Source of the DNA: Methanotrichaceae archaeon | Lineage (GTDB): Archaea > Halobacteriota > Methanosarcinia > Methanotrichales > Methanotrichaceae | Assembly (NCBI GenBank): GCA_963754945.1 | Contig: CAVWIG010000017.1 | Span: 1 to 64,000 of the forward strand | Length of the DNA: 64,000 nucleotides | Direction of reading: 5' to 3' | Part shown: piece after piece, positions 55,796-64,000 of the stretch | How the letters are laid out: each line of letters begins with the position of its first letter | Numbering within the stretch: position 1 is the stretch's first letter | Made by a program: the position numbers and the translations under genes | The notes under the pieces: generated by a model | Databases searched by the model: none | What the model was told of the DNA's origin: nothing | Seen by the model: the letters and a program-made list of their open reading frames with translations, nothing else

Positions 55796-58552
55796 TCAAA
55801 TCGAGCCTACAACTTCTTTTACTACTATTCCCCTATTCTCCAGATTGTTCAGGAATTTCTGGTATACGTCTCCCGTAATCCCATCTTCCGGGGCTATAAT
55901 TCCCTTCTCTTGGACCTCACCCATTCCAACAAGCCTAGCCCCAATGGCAGCGGAGATGCCTGTAACTCTGGCCATAGCCGAGATTCCGTTCGCTGTATCA
56001 GCCTTCGCCCATATGTAGTAATCGACCCTTTTCTCCAGTCCCGCGGCCGTATTCCACATTACGCAAACGTCCTGGTCGTCTGCCAGAGGTATGAGTTTTG
56101 GCTCTACCAGAGACAGGAAGAAATCTCTTGGCCGGATCGTAGCGCCTTTGAAGTCAAAGGGACCCAGATCGAGAATTCCGCACTCCTTAAGGGTGTCTAT
56201 GGCCTGCCAGTGGCCGGGCCAGCGAATGGTCTTCTCTGCAAAACTCTTTAGCTTGGGCATCGTGTAGAGAAAGCTCGGCATTCCTGGGGTAATGGCGCAC
56301 TCCAGCACCTCGTCCATCCCACACGCTTTGAACCTGAAACTCTCCCTTCCAGTAGTGGCATCCACCTCTGTGATCATTCCGTCTTTAATGATCTTAACCT
56401 TGACCATGTACTCCCGAAGGACGTGGCCGAAGGACCAAGTTATCATGTACTTCAGAGGGTGTCGACCAGCGGACTCCTTGGAGGGTATACCGCCCACGCG
56501 AGCAACAGCGGAGAGCGCGTTCACCTTCCTAATGCCCTCGCCTAGGGTGATGTTGCTGAGGCCGGGAGCAAAGCCCATTCCGTCAAGGATTGTGACATTG
56601 TTCTCCTTCGCTCTTCTGTGGAGGGATTCTCCGTATTCGTCCAGGCTCAATCCTGACGGCACTTCCAGGTTTTCTGTCTCGTACGGGTCCGGCCGCCGGT
56701 GGTATTCTTCAAGCACATCAACAACGTTCAGGCCAGCATCGATGGCCGCCTCAATAGTCCTGTAGCTGGACCTCCTCTCCGGCAGGGCGATGACGGCAAC
56801 GTCGTATTTTTCGTACTTGCTCAATAATCAGTTGATTTTACTAGCACTGAGAATGAGATCGGATAACTTTGGCATAGAATAACTATCTGAGAATATATCA
56901 TAAAGATATTTGTAAAAGCTTATTCCGAGCTTCCTGCAAGTATCGATTATAGAGAGCATGTTTTCCCATGCAAGCTTGCCGAGTTCACTTCTTGTTCCAT
57001 AACTGATTTTTCTCTTGATCACACCTTCTCGCACAGCTATCTCTGCGAGATTGTTATGAAGCGGAACATTTGGAAAATCCAACACCAGCAACAACTCTTG
57101 TTTCTTTTTCTTAGTCTTTGTAATGCGATCATCCAACGTCCCGTAACCAGTTACTGTCGAGAATATCGAATCAAACCTCTCCTGGACATACTTACTCATA
57201 ATTTTATTAGGATTCTCCTTATATTGTGTAAGCAATTCATAGAACTTCCAAAGCTCAGTTAAAAACATATTAAGAACCGACTTATGATGAATTAGAAAAG
57301 GATTCATCTTTTTGTAGTGTCGTATTTCATGTATCCAGCACAGAGCATGGTGTGACGATACATCTATGTACTGCCCGGCATCATCCGAGATAATGGGTAA
57401 ATCTATCTGCTCCTCATCATTTAGCCCAAAGAAATGTCTGATTGTATCACTTCCTTTGGTTTGCCTGATAAAGAAAGCACTAAAGAACTTGTTGCAGACA
57501 ACGTGCAAATAATGGTTATTGCCTTTATGCCTCGCGCCTGTCTCATCAATGTTAAGATAATCAGCCCGATTCACACCAGTTTCAAATAAGGCCTGCTTCT
57601 CTATCGCATATGCATTGCTCTTTTCCTTGGTCAGTATGTTTGAGATCTCGCCTTCCGAGATTATTATGCCGATCTCTTCTAGGATCTTGTGGATCCTATT
57701 CTCAGTAACCCTTCCAGCATAGTAGAGGTAAGCGATGAATGCTTTCAGATGACTTCCAAATTCCGTGTTCTTAAGGGACTCGGCAAGTTCTGCTTCATAG
57801 GTCTTTTTCAGGGACGGCGAATAGTAGCGTTCCAACCAATATTCCACGTTGTCGGTTTCAAATTTTATGTTCTGCTTTATGACCCGTCTATAGCCGTTAT
57901 GCTTGGCATCATGTGGAAGAATCGATTTATCAATTTTAATGTATTCTGTCCTGTCGATTTTTATCTTTGGTTTCTTGCTATCTTTATGCCATTTTTTGGG
58001 TTTTTCCTTCGGCACATTAGCCTGGTATTCAGGATTGTCCGGCAGTATTTTAGGACGGCCTTTCTCACCTTTCATCCGGTTTATTTCATCCTTTAGCTGT
58101 TGATTGTCTTTGCGGAGTTCTTGATTTGACTGGGCTAATTGCTCTATTGTGCTTAGAAGCTGGAGGATCAATTCTTTCATCGCTTCTTTATCGTCGAAGT
58201 TGATCTTGTCTACATCGAGGTTGATTATGGCCTCGTGTATGATATCTGGCACAAACAAAATATTTTAGATATATGTATTAATAATTTTTGGTCCATGCAC
58301 TCACTCGATTGGGGAATTCAACGTAATATTGAGCAAGTACTATTTTTCCATCAGCCGTCTTGTCGCGACTGCATCGATGATGTCCAGGACGTGCGCGCTC
58401 ACTTTGTCACTGGCGATCCATGACAACGTTTTCTCCAAAGACCTGTCGTTTCTGGCGACGATGCCTATTGACTCGATCCCTTCGTCTCCGGCCAGATCCC
58501 TGGCCACAGCAGACCCTATTTTTCCGGCTCCTCCAAGGACAAGAACTTTCAA
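55796..58552 (-). pseudogene. Saccharopine/lysine 6-dehydrogenase family gene split by IS66 copy 2
   Basis: N-part MKVLVLGGAGKIG (58340-58552) and C-part GMGFAPGLSN, TIRWPGH, AMARVTG join as RLMEK-YDVAV. Confidence 0.9.
56813..58340 (-). mobile_element. IS66-family element copy 2 (transposase 56828-58258)
   Basis: Same IRs as copy 1; 8-bp TSD TATTTTTC; two amino-acid differences from copy 1. Confidence 0.94.
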
Positions 58553-58586
58553 TCCTTAGCTCTCCTAACTCAACAAAAAGCGATTA

Positions 58587-60241
58587 CTACCTGATTACCT
58601 CTACATCTGACGACCGAGCCACCTTGATCTCCTTCTTCCCGTTGAATTCAGAGAGCGTTCCCGTGATCCTGACATGATCACCGGAGTGAACCCTGGCCTG
58701 GATATCCTTCGCACCAGATCCGCTTGGCACGAATATGGAATTGTTTGTAGTGTCCAGATGGAAGACGAGGTTGCCGCCTGTTTTGGTAGTTGTCATGCCC
58801 AGGACATGACCATCCACCGAGGTGGAAGAATCCGATTTCCCAGCGACTGTACTCTGATCAGAGCTGCCAAAAGTCCAATCTGCCACTGCCAGCGATCCCA
58901 GTGCCATGAGGAGCAATACAACTACGGAGAGTTTCGAAAAACTAATCAATCGAAATACTTATATACTATTAATACTATAATATAATGCATGAGGACTCTC
59001 ATTGATTTTGCCATTCGAGCAGAATATGCTCGAGTAAAAGCCCTCGGAGATGATCTATCCGAGATCGGATCGTTGATCAATTGGGAGCGTTTCAGATTTT
59101 TGGAACCATTGATATACAAAAATAAAACTAGCCGCGGAGGTCGTCCGAACATTGACATCGTGATTATGGTGAAAGCTCTCGTAATTCAGCATTGGTTTGG
59201 TCTAACAGATCCAGAACTGGAGCGACAGGTTGCGGATAGGATCTCTTTTCGTATTTTCCTTGGCACCACTGAAGTAATTCCTGATTTCAGCACAGTTTGG
59301 CTATTCCGTGAACGTTTGATTAAGTGCGACGTATACGATGATCTTTGGAATGAGCTTCAAAGGCAGCTCGATGAGATGGGGTTTACTGTAAAGAATGGCA
59401 CTATCCAGGATGCAACCTTCATAACTTCGGACCCAGGTCGGAAGAGGAACAAGAAAGACGAGCAAGGCGGGGACAAAAAGGAAGGTCAAGATTCCGAAGC
59501 CACCAGTACGAGCCTGAATCAGGAGTTTGATAAAGAGCTAATTGGTATTTCAAATAATATTATTGATGACAAGGCCAAACCACAGAGACTCGAAGAAGAG
59601 CCAATAAATGAGGGAAGTTGGGCAAAAAAGGGTGTCAAATCCTTTTTCGGATATAAAGGTCATATCTCAATCGATACCAATTACCACCTTATCAGATATT
59701 TTGAGACTACAACTGCTTCTGTACACGATAGTCAGGTAGATCTTGGAATTGAAGGGCTACCACGTTACGCCGATAAGGGATATGATGGTGCAAAAACTCG
59801 AGGATATGATGCAGCCATGAAAAAAGCTACAAGAGGTCACAAGCTTGGAATCATAGATCTTCTGAGGAATAAGAGAATCAGTAAAACGCGATCGCACATC
59901 GAAAGATGCTTCGCTGTTATGAAGCGGGGGCATAAGGGAGCACATGTTTATGTAACAACTGTCGCAAGAGCTGGAGTAAAATTCATGATGAATTCGGTCG
60001 TTTACAACCTGGAACAGTTGAAATATTTAGTGCATAAACAAACAGCCTAGCGGAAGCTCTCTAAAAAAGCGCAAAAATTAGAAACAACAAGGTAAATTGA
60101 AATCTAATAAGCCAATTTAGGGGTGAAATATGCTAAAAAACCACTATAAAGATTGAAAATATTAACGCAAGAATTTAAGGCTTCATTAACCAACACTAAA
60201 TCGAAACCCTCTACGATCTTCTCTTCTTTCTGCATCCGCAT
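58587..60241 (-). pseudogene. Exported OB-fold protein interrupted near its start by IS5 copy 4
   Basis: Restored MRMQKEEKIV-VVLLLMALG...GDHVRITGTLSEFNGKKEI. Confidence 0.8.
58927..60211 (+). mobile_element. IS5-family element copy 4 (transposase 58989-60050)
   Basis: Opposite orientation, identical transposase protein; 4-bp TSD TACG. Confidence 0.96.
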
Positions 60242-60351
60242 TTATTGCATCACCGTTCGCTTCGTGAGTTCGACGATGTAACTCGGATGAGAACTTATAA
60301 AAAATGATGTGTTTAGAAAGGATTATGTGTTAAAGATGATCAACTGCGGTT

Positions 60352-60531
60352 TTACTTCTTCTCCGGCTCCTTCTTCTCGCCGAAGCGCTCCTCCCAGGCC
60401 TTGTTCAGGTAAAAGAGGCAGCTCTCGCAAACTCCCTTGTACGCGCCTTCTGGGTTAGCCAGGGTGTGCACCTGGGCCTTTATCGGGTAAAGCGTCGGTT
60501 TAGCAAGTGTACATAGCTCACAGTCCGCCAT
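60352..60531 (-). CDS. fpoO: Short FpoO-like protein (59 aa)
   Basis: MADCELCTLAKPTLYPI...NPEGAYKGVCESCL matches the FpoO pattern DCxLC..PT..P...PEGxxKGxCExC; absent from the ORF track. Confidence 0.72.
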   Translation of the reverse strand: MADCELCTLAKPTLYPIKAQVHTLANPEGAYKGVCESCLFYLNKAWEERFGEKKEPEKK

Positions 60532-60609
60532 TTTAGATCATCTCCTTCTTTGGGAGGATTGGAGATTCTCATTGTTGAACTTTTCTGTTCGAACGGCAAT
60601 TTGAGGCGA

Positions 60610-61068
60610 TTAACACGAATGCTTCAATCCGGTGAGCCCCGATGGTGGACGGTATTCTTCCAACCCCAAAACAAGCTCGGTCAGCTCAGCTATAGTTGCC
60701 TCATCCATCTCCGATATATCCAGCTCTCGCACAGTGTTGGGAACCTTGATCCCCCCCAGGACGAACTTAGGCAGGCCGCTGTGCTTGAAACCCTCGACAA
60801 CGACATAGTCCAATCCATCATCTTGCAGCTCGGCTAGAGCAGACTCAAGAGTACCCCTAGGCGTCACCTTGAGCTGGCTGTCGCCCAGGCCGATCACAGT
60901 ATCGGCACCCGCCTCGAAGTGCCGTCTGGTGTCACCATGATCGGCGGGATGTCCGACCATGTTCTTGATGGTCCCCACGCTGCCGTGATGTTTGAGGGAT
61001 TTTACCAGTGCAGTGACCAGAGTTGTCTTGCCAGTTTTCTTGGTGCCCACTACGGATATGACCTTCAT
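60610..61068 (-). CDS. mobB: Molybdopterin-guanine dinucleotide biosynthesis protein B
   Basis: SVVGTKKTGKTT, DTRRHFEAGAD and VVEGFK. Confidence 0.88.
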   Translation of the reverse strand: MKVISVVGTKKTGKTTLVTALVKSLKHHGSVGTIKNMVGHPADHGDTRRHFEAGADTVIGLGDSQLKVTPRGTLESALAELQDDGLDYVVVEGFKHSGLPKFVLGGIKVPNTVRELDISEMDEATIAELTELVLGLEEYRPPSGLTGLKHSC

Positions 61069-62294
61069 CAGCTTCCCATTAGTGCCATTAGGAACTTAGC
61101 AAAGTTCACTAGGTCGTCTATCCGGACGTTCTCGTCCCCGGCGTGGATGTTGCTCTCCATCTGCCTGCCAACTCCATAGACGCACGTGGGGATTCCTGTC
61201 TTATCCGTGGCATACGCCTGGTCAAGGCTGCCCTGGGCTCCCGAGAGCTTGGGCACGGATCCGGTGATTTGCTCTACGGCCCGTTGCACTTCTCCGATCC
61301 AGTGGTGATCTGGATTCATTCTCATGGGCGGATAACCTGGGAAGAACTTCAGGTCCATATCGACGTCCAACGGTTTAACGGTCTTCTCTATCTCAGCCAT
61401 GGCATTGTCCATTGTCTCCTCAGGTATTACCCTGCGATCGCCACGAAGCACACACCTGTCCGGGACTATGTTCTCCTTGATACCGGCATTGATCATAGTG
61501 ATGTTCAGAATGGGCATCAAGTTCTCGATTCCAATGGCCTTCAGGGCAGAGCTGGCTGCAAGAGTCGACCTCCTGGACTGAACAGCTTTCTTCAGGGTCA
61601 TGAGCGCATCCATGACAGGCAGTGACTTCTCAAGGGCATTTATGCCAAGGAAGCTCGAACCGCTGTGGGCCGACTTTCCGTGGACTGTGACCTCCCAGGT
61701 CACTATTCCGTTGGACCCTATCACCAGGTCATCACAGAAGCCATCCATGCACAGCATGTAGTCACCCTTGATCAGGCCCTGGTCGGCGAAGAAGCACAGG
61801 CCAGAGTAGCCGCCCACCTCCTCGTCGGTGGTCAGCAGAATGCTCAGGTTGTACTTTGGCGTGCCATCTTTCAAGAGTGCCTGGAGGGCGGCTATCAGCC
61901 CTGCCACGGCACCTTTGGAATCCGACGTCCCACGACCGTATGCTCTGCCTTCCTTCAGGACCATCCGGAAGGGGTCTGTCGACCAGTCATCGCCAGTCGG
62001 GACGACGTCAACATGAGTATAAATGACCAGGGTCTCCTTTGCCCCTGCATCAAGGCTGGCCCGCAGGTTGACCCGATCGCCTGTAAGCCGCGAGTCCTGG
62101 CATTTGGCCTCGAAGATCTCTTGGGGCATCACTATCTTCTCTGTCCGGAATCCCATGGACTTGAAGACCGAAATAAGGTAATCAATAATCTCGTTGTAAC
62201 AGCTTCCTGGTGGGGCAACCGTCTTGAACGCAATGAGATCTTTCAGCACATTCAAAAGATAGTCCTTATCTGGGCAAAGGGATTTGTCCGGCAT
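61068..62294 (-). CDS. M20 metallopeptidase (ArgE/DapE family)
   Basis: HVDVVP, YGRGTSDSKG, TDEEVGG, GKSAHS and IHAGDE. Confidence 0.9.
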   Translation of the reverse strand: MPDKSLCPDKDYLLNVLKDLIAFKTVAPPGSCYNEIIDYLISVFKSMGFRTEKIVMPQEIFEAKCQDSRLTGDRVNLRASLDAGAKETLVIYTHVDVVPTGDDWSTDPFRMVLKEGRAYGRGTSDSKGAVAGLIAALQALLKDGTPKYNLSILLTTDEEVGGYSGLCFFADQGLIKGDYMLCMDGFCDDLVIGSNGIVTWEVTVHGKSAHSGSSFLGINALEKSLPVMDALMTLKKAVQSRRSTLAASSALKAIGIENLMPILNITMINAGIKENIVPDRCVLRGDRRVIPEETMDNAMAEIEKTVKPLDVDMDLKFFPGYPPMRMNPDHHWIGEVQRAVEQITGSVPKLSGAQGSLDQAYATDKTGIPTCVYGVGRQMESNIHAGDENVRIDDLVNFAKFLMALMGS

Positions 62295-62529
62295 CTTATC
62301 TCCTCTGGTTAATTAGTCCAGAGGGCTATTAAATGCTTCTCTGAGCCGAACGAACTAAGAAATTGATTAAGGATAACATTAATTTGTTTCTTCTAGCATC
62401 TGACACCCTTATGCCAGCCCATGGCTGTGTACGCAAGACACTTAATCTTGATATTAATTCGAAGCCGATCATTCTTATTGCACATCATAGTCTTTTAAAT
62501 AAGTACAGATCTAAGATTAAATCGCATGG

Positions 62530-63518
62530 TGCTGTGTCGATTAAGCTTAAATAGTTTAAATATAAATATTATATCATGAACTATGTTGATAATAGAGACT
62601 GGCCAGAATATAATGCCCAACTTGTTCGAAGAGGCGAATTCTATCTCGATTTGAGTTGTGTGAAGAACTGGAGTTGGGAATTAAGAGAAATGAATAGAAA
62701 GAAAACAGGCGCTCCATACAAATACCCTAACACTTTTATAACTTTTGCATCAATAATATACTCTTTTTTTCGAATGCCATATCGTCAACTTGAAGGATTC
62801 TTTGGACGACTTTCGACCTATGAACCAGGATTGGTGGCGGCAGATTATACCACCCTCCATAAGCGAATCTCTAAGCAAGATCTTGGAATAGAGATACCAG
62901 AGAACGACGCTGTTGTTGCAGTTGATTCAACTGGGATAAAGGTAACAAATAGAGGGGATTGGATGCGCGAGAAACACGGAAAGCAGCGGCGAGGATGGCT
63001 TAAAGTTCATGTGGCAGTCGACGTTGAATCAAAGAGATTATTGTCTATGGAAATTACAGAAGAAGACACCTCGGATAGCGAGGTTTTGCGCCCTTTGTTG
63101 AAAGACGTCAATATTGAGGAGGGGTTGATGGATGGCGCATATGACACAAACGACGCATTTGAATTTATGAAATCGAAAGGTGTAGATTGTCCAGGGATTA
63201 AGATCAGAGAGAACGCGATAGTAGGTAAAGATGCATCAGCCAGGTCAACAGCGGTTCTGGAATTCAAAAAAATGGGCTACAAGGGTTGGAAGCAAATGCA
63301 TCAGTACGGTAGAAGGTGGGCAGTTGAAGGCTTCTTCTCATCGATCAAGCGTATCTTTGGTGAGACGGTTCGGGCATCTTCACCCGAAGGAATGGTCGCC
63401 GAGATTAAAAGAGCATTCATTTTGTATAATATACTTAGGAGCATATAAGTAATTAGTTAAAATAAATTATGAATTCTTGAATAACGAAATAATACTATAA
63501 TAATCATGCGACACAGCA
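62530..63518 (+). mobile_element. IS5-family ISH1-group element (989 bp; transposase 62576-63448)
   Basis: IR TGCTGTGTCG / CGACACAGCA; 8-bp TSD TCGCATGG. Motifs VDSTGIK, WLKVH, DGAYD and RRWAVE. Confidence 0.93.
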
Positions 63519-63553
63519 TCGCATGGCTGAAAACTTCGAGGAGCTGCGAGGTA

Positions 63554-64000
63554 ATGCCTAGCCCCAAATACACAAAGATAGAAATAACGCCAAAAGCTTA
63601 CTTGGCTCTAGAGGCAGAAACAGTTCTTCAAAGCAAGACCTTGAAGAGCCTGGCATCAGAGCTGATATTGAATGGGGTATCTCAGGAGTCTTTAGATTTT
63701 GCCCAAAGGGCTATAGCTTCAAATGAAGCTAGTACGAAATTGAACGGCAGCAAAATAACTAAAGTGATCAAGGATATCGGGATAACCGGAATAAAAATCG
63801 ATGAGGCGTTTTTGGGAAAAGTCAAAAAGACGCTTCAGGAGGATGGATACCTTGACACTATGCTGTACGTCGCTCAACACACTGCATCAATTCAACGTGA
63901 CGAGCTTCATCGTGTTCTGACCATTTGCGAGTATCACAAGATTCCTACGTTGCTTGCAGCGGATGTGATCAGGAATTTGAACAATATTGAATCGGGAATC
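63554..64000 (+). CDS. Hypothetical protein: RHH-like N-terminus fused to the helical domain of 15033-15314 (runs off window)
   Basis: MPSPKYTKIEITPKAYLALE...IKDIG...AFLGKVKKTLQEDGY...ELHRVLTIC, with a GAGGT RBS. Confidence 0.7.
   Translation, partial: MPSPKYTKIEITPKAYLALEAETVLQSKTLKSLASELILNGVSQESLDFAQRAIASNEASTKLNGSKITKVIKDIGITGIKIDEAFLGKVKKTLQEDGYLDTMLYVAQHTASIQRDELHRVLTICEYHKIPTLLAADVIRNLNNIESGI

Overview
64 kb of a methanogenic archaeon, most consistent with Methanotrichaceae/Methanosarcinales (inferred from mer, fpoO-like, nadM, R15P isomerase, hel308, herA, dapL and archaeal-type leuS). Core genes (about 25.9-37.3 kb and 48.5-62.3 kb) alternate with accessory DNA. The accessory DNA includes a redox/detox cluster (0.5-4.2 kb) and a layered defence island (4.3-14 kb) with a type IIG R-M gene carrying an AT-rich TRD, VapBC, Fic, R-M relics and a beta-CASP nuclease. 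The main candidate novelty is a 4.7-kb array of seven toxin-antitoxin modules (43.0-47.8 kb), punctuated by co-oriented copies of a GC-rich structured repeat with a compensatory base change and followed by a catalytically incomplete tyrosine-recombinase-like ORF. IS activity looks recent: 4 IS5 copies with identical transposases, 2 IS66, 1 IS1634, 2 ISH1-group copies (one truncated by an IS256) and a 279-bp MITE, several of which disrupt genes. Several single-base frameshifts, including one in essential leuS, suggest indel errors in the sequence. No rRNA, tRNA or CRISPR array was seen.
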